A stretch of DNA of 43,525 nucleotides, from the NCBI GenBank assembly GCA_036480595.1, contig JAZGGS010000494.1, positions 1-43,525 on the forward strand, written 5' to 3'. The translations under genes were made by a program, and so were the position numbers. Below the pieces are notes generated by a model that saw only the letters and a program-made list of their open reading frames with translations, was not told the DNA's origin and did no database searches. Positions 1-6,512 of the stretch are shown here, one piece after another. The stretch is from Ignavibacteriaceae bacterium (GTDB taxonomy: Bacteria > Bacteroidota > Ignavibacteria > Ignavibacteriales > Ignavibacteriaceae). Each line of letters opens with the position of its first letter. The stretch's first letter is position 1.

Positions 1-127
1 GAGAAGACCAAAAAAAGATGAATACATCCAATACATGGGACATTTTTCAGGCGTTAAAATGGTTCAAGATATGACTGGACTTTATTGGTTAGGACAAAAG
101 GAACTCGCTCAAAGTATTCCACCTCAA
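1..127. repeat. 127-nt terminal overlap identical to 43399-43525 (circular closure or terminal redundancy of the contig)
   Basis: Both ends read gagaagaccaaaaaaagatgaatac...agtattccacctcaa with no mismatch. One ORF runs straight across the junction. Confidence 0.95.
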
Positions 128-199
128 TACACCAAATTTATAGGAGAACAGTTAAAAATAAATAATATAAATAATCAAGATAAACTTACATTAGTGTGA
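2..199 (+). CDS. dcm: C-terminal part of DNA cytosine-C5 methyltransferase (continues 42941-43525 across the junction)
   Basis: Frame 2 is open from position 2 to TGA 197-199 and is the frame that leaves the window at 43525. The tail ...ELAQSIPPQYTKFIGEQL resembles the motif X region of C5-MTases. Confidence 0.8.
   Translation, partial: RRPKKDEYIQYMGHFSGVKMVQDMTGLYWLGQKELAQSIPPQYTKFIGEQLKINNINNQDKLTLV
154..192 (+). repeat. AT-rich repeat AAAAATAAATAATATAAATAATCAA-n-AAACTTACATT, copy 1 (copy 2 at 42698-42735)
   Basis: 25 nt are identical, then 11 nt are identical after a divergent spacer of 2-3 nt. This copy lies inside the 3' end of dcm; the other copy is intergenic. Confidence 0.85.
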
Positions 200-216
200 T
201 TGTGCAAAAATAGTAC

Positions 217-247
217 TTGATTAATAATATTAATTGTATTACCTTTA
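217..247 (+). promoter_or_regulatory. Candidate early promoter with embedded operator-like palindrome
   Basis: TTG (217-219), a 20-nt spacer, then TACCTTTA (240-247, close to TAnnTTTG). The spacer holds GATTAATAATATTAATT (219-235) with the dyad TTAATA-A-TATTAA (221-233). The same 17-mer recurs at 2609-2625 and 42741-42757. Confidence 0.45.
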
Positions 248-279
248 TTTCATAATTAGAAACAAACATAAAAATTAGC

Positions 280-474
280 ATGGAAGATTTACAATTAGAA
301 CTCGAAGAATTACAGTCACAAGGTTTTTATCTTGGTGAGTGCCAATGTTGCGGAGACGGTGAGGTTGAATATTTATTACATGATCAGGATGACGATCATG
401 TTGGATATGTTTTAATGTCAAACGGTCAACGATACGGTGAAGAAGCCGGAACTATTCATTCTATAAACTATTAG
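280..474 (+). CDS. Hypothetical small, very acidic early protein (64 aa)
   Basis: Track ORF and first gene after the promoter-like element. It has 15 Asp/Glu, one Arg, no Lys and a CQCC motif. It is preceded by the conserved leader AAACATAAAAATTAGCA. Confidence 0.7.
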   Translation: MEDLQLELEELQSQGFYLGECQCCGDGEVEYLLHDQDDDHVGYVLMSNGQRYGEEAGTIHSINY

Positions 475-497
475 CAGATCGCTAATAGTTTTTTTAT
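467..497 (+). terminator. Rho-independent terminator candidate
   Basis: A 9-bp perfect stem ACTATTAGC (467-475) / GCTAATAGT (481-489) with a 5-nt loop, followed by a T-run. The stop codon sits inside the stem. Confidence 0.6.
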
Positions 498-531
498 TGT
501 CAAAATTAAAGTAAACATAAAAATTAGCAAG

Positions 532-714
532 ATGATTATTGAAACTATTGCAGATAATTTTGGGATGAAAGTAAACATTGTGGACGGTGAAAACGGAAAA
601 TATAACGCTGTTTTGATTGATGCAGATTGCGAAATGATGGTAGCTGCTAAGTGTGGTTATGTTTCTGTTGAAGATGCAAAAGTGTCCGCAAAAAAAATGC
701 TGAATATTGATTAA
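532..714 (+). CDS. Hypothetical small early protein (60 aa)
   Basis: Track ORF. The same AAACATAAAAATTAGCA leader (513-529) precedes the ATG. Confidence 0.65.
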   Translation: MIIETIADNFGMKVNIVDGENGKYNAVLIDADCEMMVAAKCGYVSVEDAKVSAKKMLNID

Positions 715-748
715 TCCTGTCAGTTTCTGCTAATTCTGGCAGAGATAG

Positions 749-793
749 CCCGGCCAGGTTTCGACCTCCGGGCTTTTGGTAGTAAAAAGTATT
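749..793 (+). repeat. 45-bp hairpin-containing repeat, copy 1 (terminator-like)
   Basis: CCCGGCCAGGTTTCGACCTCCGGGCTTTTGGTAGTAAAAAGTATT. The stems are CCCGG/CCGGG plus AGGT/ACCT around a TTCG loop, followed by CTTTTGG. An identical copy lies exactly 250 bp downstream. Confidence 0.85.
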
Positions 794-817
794 AACAATT
801 AAAAAGGTGCTTATCAA

Positions 818-1048
818 ATGAAAGTGATGATAAATAACACATTAGAGGCATTTCAAAAATGGAATGATATTACAGATTATGAAAGTGATGAAATAACAGT
901 AACATTAATAAATAATGAAGGAAAAAAAGAGGCTGAATTTAATTATCCAAAATTCACTAAGGCCGATTTTGAATATTTTAAAGCAGTAAAAAATTTAACC
1001 CGGCCAGGTTTCGACCTCCGGGCTTTTGGTAGTAAAAAGTATTTATAA
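818..1048 (+). CDS. Hypothetical protein (76 aa); the C-terminal 15 residues are encoded by the 45-bp repeat
   Basis: Track ORF. The tail ...RPGFDLRAFGSKKYL is read from repeat copy 2. Confidence 0.6.
   Translation: MKVMINNTLEAFQKWNDITDYESDEITVTLINNEGKKEAEFNYPKFTKADFEYFKAVKNLTRPGFDLRAFGSKKYL
999..1043 (+). repeat. 45-bp hairpin-containing repeat, copy 2
   Basis: Identical to 749-793. It lies inside the 3' end of ORF 818-1048. Confidence 0.85.
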
Positions 1049-1061
1049 TTAAAAATTAGCT

Positions 1062-1277
1062 ATGAAAAGATTAACAGAATTGCATCCTTTAATGAAAAAG
1101 TTAAGAGCATTGGAGGCATATATGGATCAACAGAAAATATCCGTTGAATGGAATGGTTATGATATGCAAGTCACTGATACCGAAACAAATGAAGCTGCGT
1201 ATTTAAAAGATTGTGATAACGGTGAAGCCCTTACAGAATTGCCATATATGATGGAAACGAAACTTATTAGATATTAA
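1062..1277 (+). CDS. Hypothetical protein (71 aa)
   Basis: Track ORF, preceded by AAAAATTAGC (1051-1060). Confidence 0.65.
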   Translation: MKRLTELHPLMKKLRALEAYMDQQKISVEWNGYDMQVTDTETNEAAYLKDCDNGEALTELPYMMETKLIRY

Positions 1278-1287
1278 ATCAAATACA

Positions 1288-1389
1288 ATGAAACCAACAA
1301 AAGAGCTTTTCAAAACCCGGATAAAGCATTTAATTGCGGTGAGTACCTTAGTCGCATTATTTATTGTAGCTGTAAATTATTTGACATGA
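1288..1389 (+). CDS. Hypothetical small membrane peptide (33 aa)
   Basis: Hand translation gives MKPTKELFKTRIKHLIAVSTLVALFIVAVNYLT. It has one hydrophobic span and its stop overlaps the next start (ATGA at 1386-1389). It is below the 60-aa cutoff of the track. Confidence 0.45.
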   Translation: MKPTKELFKTRIKHLIAVSTLVALFIVAVNYLT

Positions 1390-1694
1390 AATACAATTAT
1401 ATAAATTCAGAACCCGGATTGTGGACGGTTGGATTTTATAATCCAGATGGAAAATGGAAACCTGAAAGTGATCACAATATCAGGGAGGAAGCAGCAAAAA
1501 GAATAGCTTGGTTAAATGGATCTGGTGAAAATCCTATGAATGTTAAAATGCATGAGGCTTTGAAGGGATTATGGAAAATAAGAGATTTATTATGTTATCC
1601 ATTAGATGTTCCATTTGAACACATTGAAGAAGCTAAAGCAGTTAGTGAAGCATTATCAGCAATCGAATATATCCTTATAGATTTAGAATCATGA
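1386..1694 (+). CDS. Hypothetical protein (102 aa)
   Basis: Track ORF with ATGA overlaps at both ends. Confidence 0.7.
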   Translation: MKYNYINSEPGLWTVGFYNPDGKWKPESDHNIREEAAKRIAWLNGSGENPMNVKMHEALKGLWKIRDLLCYPLDVPFEHIEEAKAVSEALSAIEYILIDLES

Positions 1695-2035
1695 AATACG
1701 ACATAATGAGTATGGCTCACAGAGTAGCCAGAAGAATGCAAGCCTTGGATAAAAGAAATTACAGGCAATTGCCTTCACTTGCTCTAAAAGTTGAGCACAT
1801 GAAAAAGAGATTAATAACCGTCATGGATATAAACTGGTTAATGGCAAACCATCCAGAGGTTGATTTAACGCTCGTCACACGATTACATAAGTCTGATAGG
1901 TTCGTAATCACGGGAGGTTATTATCTTACAATACAGCACTATGTCAGGCCCCGTACAGAGGAGGAAGATACTTACTGTATCGGCGTAATGATTGAATCAG
2001 AAATTAAAAGTGGAATTAAACCAAAATTAGACTAA
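1691..2035 (+). CDS. Hypothetical protein (114 aa)
   Basis: Track ORF with an ATGA overlap to the upstream gene. Confidence 0.7.
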   Translation: MKYDIMSMAHRVARRMQALDKRNYRQLPSLALKVEHMKKRLITVMDINWLMANHPEVDLTLVTRLHKSDRFVITGGYYLTIQHYVRPRTEEEDTYCIGVMIESEIKSGIKPKLD

Positions 2036-2046
2036 TAATAACGAAT

Positions 2047-2265
2047 ATGAAAGCGCAAACAAAAGCAGTAAAAACACCAGTAGGTTTATTCCCATTTCCA
2101 ATGAATCCTGGATTCACAAAACAACTTGGGAATTGTGTAACTAATGAAGATTTATTTAAGCTCGTTGAAGAAAATGGTTTTATAAATCCTGATGCTTTTA
2201 CGGAATTGAATAGCAGAAATTTATATTATGAGTACAAAAACTGGAAACAATCTAAAACGACCTAA
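2047..2265 (+). CDS. Hypothetical protein (72 aa)
   Basis: Track ORF. Confidence 0.65.
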   Translation: MKAQTKAVKTPVGLFPFPMNPGFTKQLGNCVTNEDLFKLVEENGFINPDAFTELNSRNLYYEYKNWKQSKTT

Positions 2266-2269
2266 AATC

Positions 2270-2437
2270 ATGACCCCGGAATTAAAAAAGAAATTACAGC
2301 AATCAATTGATTCATTCCTTCCAATTGGTGAACGGATCTCCCATCAAACAAGGTGTGCAAAATTAGGCCGGTTAATGGCATTGCAAAATGATAGCTACAT
2401 GAAATATTTAATTTATAATGAATTTAAAAGAACATGA
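2270..2437 (+). CDS. Hypothetical protein (55 aa; internal start of track ORF 2228-2437)
   Basis: ATG 2270 lies 4 nt after the upstream stop (2263-2265). Starting at 2228 would overlap the upstream gene by 38 nt. Confidence 0.55.
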   Translation: MTPELKKKLQQSIDSFLPIGERISHQTRCAKLGRLMALQNDSYMKYLIYNEFKRT

Positions 2438-2610
2438 AAAACACACACGGAGGAAAAAGAGAAAATGCAGGAGCCCCAAAAAAACCCAAAGGACAGCACA
2501 AAAAGTTAGTCTGGTTTTATTTCGAGCAGGATTATATAAAAAAGCTTGGAGGTTTAAAAAAAATGCAAGACGACATAAAAAAATGGCTGTATTCCAAGAT
2601 AAAAATTTGA
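2434..2610 (+). CDS. Hypothetical small basic protein (58 aa), MKNTHGGKRENAGAPKKPKG...
   Basis: Hand translation verified codon by codon. The ATG overlaps the upstream stop (ATGA 2434-2437). The N-terminal GGKRxxAGxPKK pattern is one I recall in small phage and plasmid proteins. It replaces the Lys/Arg-rich track ORF 2418-2654, which is in another frame. Confidence 0.55.
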   Translation: MKNTHGGKRENAGAPKKPKGQHKKLVWFYFEQDYIKKLGGLKKMQDDIKKWLYSKIKI

Positions 2611-2636
2611 TTAATAATATTAATTTTGTATCTTAC
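2606..2636 (+). promoter_or_regulatory. Candidate promoter with second copy of the 17-bp operator-like element
   Basis: TTTG (2606-2609), GATTAATAATATTAATT (2609-2625) and TAATTTTG (2621-2628), which is an exact TAnnTTTG. The spacing to the TTTG is short at 11 nt. Confidence 0.4.
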
Positions 2637-2658
2637 ATAAAAGTTAAACGATAAAGAC

Positions 2659-2835
2659 GTGAATACTAGTAAATATTTAGATCAATGGTTAAAATCGTGG
2701 GGGATGGACACCGACCGATCTCAAAAATTTAGATTTGAAAAAGAAGCATTAATATTGTTTTCTGAATATCACAACACAAAACTAATTGAAGAAATAACAA
2801 ACTTGAAAAAGCAATTAAAATCACTTAAACTATAA
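2659..2835 (+). CDS. Hypothetical protein (58 aa, GTG start; alternative ATG at 2704)
   Basis: It is the only open frame filling the 2611-2840 gap. The hand translation ends ...KLIEEITNLKKQLKSLKL. Confidence 0.4.
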   Translation: MNTSKYLDQWLKSWGMDTDRSQKFRFEKEALILFSEYHNTKLIEEITNLKKQLKSLKL

Positions 2836-2840
2836 ATATC

Positions 2841-3095
2841 ATGTCTAAAGAATTAGAACAAACTGAAATAAAAGTGCAGAAGATCATAAAATCAGCTGAC
2901 GAATCTTTTGAAACGAATAACTATCACTTAAAAGACGCTATGTCCTTGAGGTACTATAAGGAAAATATGAGATGCAATTTTTTGAAAATCCATCTAAAGG
3001 CCGCTTTTGAAACCATTGAGCATATGAAGCGAATGGAAAAGGCAAACAATGAGTTTTATACAAAGCTTTTACAATGCAAGGAAAATGAAAGCTAA
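2841..3095 (+). CDS. Hypothetical protein (84 aa)
   Basis: Track ORF. Confidence 0.65.
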   Translation: MSKELEQTEIKVQKIIKSADESFETNNYHLKDAMSLRYYKENMRCNFLKIHLKAAFETIEHMKRMEKANNEFYTKLLQCKENES

Positions 3096-3299
3096 ACCAC
3101 GCATTTTAAGACACCTTCGCCGCTATAAGACGATGACGGTGATAACTTACAGGGGTGGGGATTAATCAATCTGCATGCACGCATAACGGAGCTTATAAAT
3201 GTAGGTCACAATATCTCAAGAGATGAAAAACTCAAGATTTATTCACGAGGTAAATTCATAAAGCAATATACAAAATATAGATTAATACAAGACAAATGA
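3085..3299 (+). pseudogene. Winged-helix/HTH (HTH_39-like) gene split over two frames; a -1 shift near 3150 is needed
   Basis: Frame A (3085-3165) reads MKAKPRILRHLRRYKTMTVITYRGGD*. The -1 frame from 3150 reads QGWGLINLHARITELINVGHNISRDEKLKIYSRGKFIKQYTKYRLIQDK*, ending at 3297-3299 in an ATGA overlap with the next gene. That second frame has no start codon after its upstream stop. Joined, the two parts give the IL..L....T.......G...L.ARI.EL...G..I......Y.L pattern. Confidence 0.55.
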
Positions 3300-3493
3300 T
3301 TTTTACACTAAAACACATAGGTGCATATGGAGGATTCGCATCTAAGATAATTGAATTAACAGTAGAGAGTAACGGATCTACAATTATAGAAGACATTACA
3401 GGTCTAAACAGCAAAGTTGAAGAAACTTTAATTATTGAGTTAAGGCAAATTGCTGATGAGTTGGAAGAACACAATATAAAGCTAAAAGACTGA
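3296..3493 (+). CDS. Hypothetical protein (65 aa)
   Basis: Track ORF. The antisense ORF 3256-3588 is judged a shadow. Confidence 0.6.
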   Translation: MIFTLKHIGAYGGFASKIIELTVESNGSTIIEDITGLNSKVEETLIIELRQIADELEEHNIKLKD

Positions 3494-3517
3494 TCAAAAA
3501 CTTTTAAATCAGATAAA

Positions 3518-4468
3518 ATGAGCGATTTACAAAAAATCAAAACAGAAACATTAGAGCCTGTTAAGCCAATAATGACAAAGATGGGCATTTCGTCAGAACG
3601 CTTTTACAAAGAAGCTGGATTTGTGTGTCAAATTTGGAATGATCCTAAAAATAGCTATTTAAGAAATTCAACCAAAGAAAGCTTATTAAGCGCCGTTGCT
3701 TCGATAGCACAAACAGGATTAACATTAAATCCGGTCGCAAAACAAGCTTATCTTATTCCCAGGAAAATAAAAGATGGTAAAAACTGGATTACACAGGCAC
3801 ATCTTGAGCCCTCATATATTGGATTAATGAAGTTGCTCACAGATGCCGGTCAGGTTTTAAATCTTCAAACCAATTTGGTTTATGAAGGAGATGAATTTGA
3901 TGTTAATTTAGGCATGGAAACCCATATTACTCATAAACCACATTACATAACAGGCCAGAAAAAAGGAGACATAAAAGGCGTTTATTCCATTGCTAATATC
4001 AAAGGAGGATTAAAGCAATTTGAATATATGACAATTCAGGAAATCCATGAAATCAGAGGGACATCCGAAAGTTATAAAGTCTGGGAAAAGAATCATGATA
4101 TACCATGCGTATGGATAAAATACGAAGGTGAGATGATTAGAAAGACTTGTATTAAAAGAATTTCAAAACACTTACCAAGGTCAGAACAATTTGATTACGC
4201 GGATAATTTAAGTAATAAGGATTTTGAAATGACCTTCAGTCAAATTACATATATTGAAGCTTTATTACATTCATCTTCATTGCCGGAATCGATGAAAGAA
4301 GACCTTGAAAATCAACTTGGTGCAATGACATACGCGGACGCTAAAAAGACGATTGAATATTTAAAAGAAAATCAAAATATAAAGATTTTAGATGACATCA
4401 ACAGGCCGGCTCATTTGGGCCCCACTGAAGCGACAAAAGAATTTGACCGTAAATTACAGGAGGATTAA
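3518..4468 (+). CDS. recT: RecT-family single-strand annealing recombinase
   Basis: 316 aa. The protein contains ...SLLSAVASIAQTGLTLNPVAKQAYLIPR..., EPSYIGLMKLL, VYEGDEF, IKGVYS and MIRKTCIKRISKHLP, which match my recollection of the RecT family pattern. Confidence 0.8.
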   Translation: MSDLQKIKTETLEPVKPIMTKMGISSERFYKEAGFVCQIWNDPKNSYLRNSTKESLLSAVASIAQTGLTLNPVAKQAYLIPRKIKDGKNWITQAHLEPSYIGLMKLLTDAGQVLNLQTNLVYEGDEFDVNLGMETHITHKPHYITGQKKGDIKGVYSIANIKGGLKQFEYMTIQEIHEIRGTSESYKVWEKNHDIPCVWIKYEGEMIRKTCIKRISKHLPRSEQFDYADNLSNKDFEMTFSQITYIEALLHSSSLPESMKEDLENQLGAMTYADAKKTIEYLKENQNIKILDDINRPAHLGPTEATKEFDRKLQED

Positions 4469-4500
4469 TATTTAAACCAGAATAACACAAATCAAATAAT

Positions 4501-4914
4501 ATGCTTTACGATTTCAAAAAGGATTTTGATATTGAAATGTATAATAAGCGATCAAAAGAACTTATTGAAAAAAAAGCTATTGTCGATCTGAGGCAAAAAA
4601 GAGGGAAAAGAACTTTATCACAAAATTCATACCTTCATGTCTGCATAAATATGTACGCAATATTTGTAGGTGAAACATTGAACAGAACTAAAACAGATTT
4701 AAAGCGTGATTGTTCATTTATGGTTGAAGAATACAAAGGAAAAAAATACTTGATTAGTTCATCTGATTTGAATACTAAAGAATTGACTAATTGGATCGAA
4801 TGGATTAGAAACAAAGCTTCGGTAGATGGTGTATTTATCCCTTCACCTGATGATTACAGAAGAAATTGGGCTAAATATGAAAAAGAAATACAATCCTGTA
4901 AACCTTATTTATAA
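4501..4914 (+). CDS. ninB: NinB/Orf-like recombination mediator (putative)
   Basis: RTLSQNSYLHVCI resembles lambda NinB RSLDQNRKLWACL. The gene sits between recT and rusA. Confidence 0.5.
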   Translation: MLYDFKKDFDIEMYNKRSKELIEKKAIVDLRQKRGKRTLSQNSYLHVCINMYAIFVGETLNRTKTDLKRDCSFMVEEYKGKKYLISSSDLNTKELTNWIEWIRNKASVDGVFIPSPDDYRRNWAKYEKEIQSCKPYL

Positions 4915-5309
4915 TGAAAACTATGAGAACGATAACAGGAAAAATATATATTCATCCTATACCAGCATCCAGGCCAAGAGTTGTGAAAAAACGAGCCTAC
5001 ACAGAACCAAAATATTCAACATACAAAATAGCCTTGACGTATTTACTGAAGAATGAAAGAATACCAAAACAAGACTATGAAAGCATAAAAGTAGTTTTTG
5101 CAATTCCATACTCAAAAGGCATAGCTAAAAAACGAAAGATCCAAGGTAAAGCACACCGACAAAAACCTGACATTGATAATTTTATAAAAGGTTTTATGGA
5201 TGCTTTAGAGCAGTCCGGGATAATTCAAAACGATTCACAAATATGCAATGTACACGCTTTTAAGTTATTTGACTGTCAACAGGGTTACATTGAGTTTGAA
5301 TTAAAATAG
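4914..5309 (+). CDS. rusA: RusA-family Holliday junction resolvase
   Basis: IPASRPRV near the N-terminus, KPDIDNFIKGFMDAL and IIQNDSQI fit the catalytic Asp pattern of RusA. The start overlaps the upstream stop (TAATG). Confidence 0.8.
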   Translation: MKTMRTITGKIYIHPIPASRPRVVKKRAYTEPKYSTYKIALTYLLKNERIPKQDYESIKVVFAIPYSKGIAKKRKIQGKAHRQKPDIDNFIKGFMDALEQSGIIQNDSQICNVHAFKLFDCQQGYIEFELK

Positions 5310-5364
5310 GTCTAAAATCAAGGTAAAACAACTTTCAAAATCTAAAATGTTTAAAGTATAAATC

Positions 5365-5742
5365 ATGAATACACTAACTCAGTTAAGTAGAAAAATTAAT
5401 GAATTTGTAAAGTCAATCGGATTCGATAATAATGATGTTCCCTTAAGAATAGCATTAATTCATACTGAAATATCAGAAGCATTTGAAGCATTTAGAAAAG
5501 ATAAATATGCCGATACAAAGCAATTTAAGGATGAGATAAAAAATTGGTCACAACATGATGAAGATTACAAGGGCATTTTTGAAAGCAATATTAAGGATAC
5601 GTTTGAGGATGAAATTGCAGACAGTATTATTCGTCTGTTAGATTTATGTGGAAAACGAAATATCGATATTGATTTTTTCATTGAGCAGAAAATGAAATAT
5701 AATTCAATGAGAGGTTACAAATATGGAGGCAAAAAATTCTAA
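5365..5742 (+). CDS. MazG-like nucleoside triphosphate pyrophosphohydrolase
   Basis: ALIHTEISEAFEAFRK ... EDEIADSIIRLLDLC ... KMKYN is the EExxE/D all-alpha NTP-PPase pattern. Confidence 0.7.
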   Translation: MNTLTQLSRKINEFVKSIGFDNNDVPLRIALIHTEISEAFEAFRKDKYADTKQFKDEIKNWSQHDEDYKGIFESNIKDTFEDEIADSIIRLLDLCGKRNIDIDFFIEQKMKYNSMRGYKYGGKKF

Positions 5743-5744
5743 TC

Positions 5745-5909
5745 ATGAATACACTATCTATTATATTCTTCATCCTTATTGGTTTTATCTTTGGCGCTTT
5801 TGCCGGAATAGTTTTAGCTTATTTGTTAGTAAAGTGGCATGATGAGGAAAGAATTAGCGCTGAAGATGTTGATCAGTGGATGAAAGAAGAAACATTTTAC
5901 GATAATTAA
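5745..5909 (+). CDS. Hypothetical small membrane protein (54 aa)
   Basis: Hand translation MNTLSIIFFILIGFIFGAFAGIVLAYLLVKWHDEE... shows one transmembrane span. It fills the 5743-5919 gap. Confidence 0.5.
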   Translation: MNTLSIIFFILIGFIFGAFAGIVLAYLLVKWHDEERISAEDVDQWMKEETFYDN

Positions 5910-5919
5910 AACAAAAATC

Positions 5920-6288
5920 ATGACAACAAAATTTCGCGCCTGGGATAAGAAAGAAAAAAGATTTATTCAGCATGTTCATTTAAACGACGATGGATCTGTT
6001 AGCTTTTTAAATTCAGAAGCATTATGGCAATTTGATGAAGATGAACGGCTCATTATTCAATTTTATATCGGACTAACGAGTTCTAATAATGAAGAATGGT
6101 ATGTCTCTGATATTGGTGAATTTCCAAATGGTGATAAATTTATTTTAAAAGAAGAAGATTGGTTAGAAGTTTTTGCGGACTGGATTGGTGATCCTGAATG
6201 TGAAGAACAAACAAAGGAGTTATATAGAATTGAAAATGCAAAAAAAATAGGCAATTATTTTGAAAACAAAAACTTACTTGAATCATGA
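5920..6288 (+). CDS. YopX-like protein
   Basis: The N-terminal KFRAWDKKEKRF and the segment IQFYIGLTSSNNEEWYVSDIGEF resemble the YopX family. Confidence 0.55.
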   Translation: MTTKFRAWDKKEKRFIQHVHLNDDGSVSFLNSEALWQFDEDERLIIQFYIGLTSSNNEEWYVSDIGEFPNGDKFILKEEDWLEVFADWIGDPECEEQTKELYRIENAKKIGNYFENKNLLES

Positions 6289-6512
6289 AAAACTCAACAC
6301 TTAACAGTTTAGATGAAATCTATGATATAATCAAACGACCTCCAGAACAGGAATCAATCAGAATACTCTCGCCTTATAAGCAGCGGATCTTTACAGAACT
6401 ACATGGATTATCCGGGGAGGCTGACCAGGACAAATTGAAAGAAGCCAGACCGGAACAATTAAAAAAAGTTAACTGGGTTATGAAAACAAAACTAACCTCG
6501 GATGATTCGTGA
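6285..6512 (+). CDS. Hypothetical protein (75 aa)
   Basis: Track ORF with ATGA/GTGA overlaps at both ends. Confidence 0.65.
   Translation: MKNSTLNSLDEIYDIIKRPPEQESIRILSPYKQRIFTELHGLSGEADQDKLKEARPEQLKKVNWVMKTKLTSDDS

Noticed and set aside
1-127. The terminal 127-nt repeat as a biological direct terminal repeat
   Set aside because: It interrupts a coding sequence at an arbitrary codon position, and its length equals a commonly used assembler k-mer. Circular or permuted assembly closure is the simpler explanation. This is left open to read-level verification.
749-772. The hairpin CCCGGCCAGGTTTCGACCTCCGGG as a tRNA T-arm or tRNA fragment
   Set aside because: The loop is 4 nt (TTCG) rather than a 7-nt T-loop. 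No acceptor, D or anticodon arms can be drawn around it. I saw no tRNA-like cloverleaf anywhere in the window.
2418-2654. Track ORF encoding a very Lys/Arg-rich 78-aa product
   Set aside because: It runs through the operator/promoter element at 2606-2636. The alternative frame (2434-2610) gives a more protein-like product with an ATGA overlap to the upstream gene.
4826-5056. + strand ORF overlapping the end of the NinB-like gene and the start of rusA
   Set aside because: It is out of frame within two recognisable genes and has no motif.
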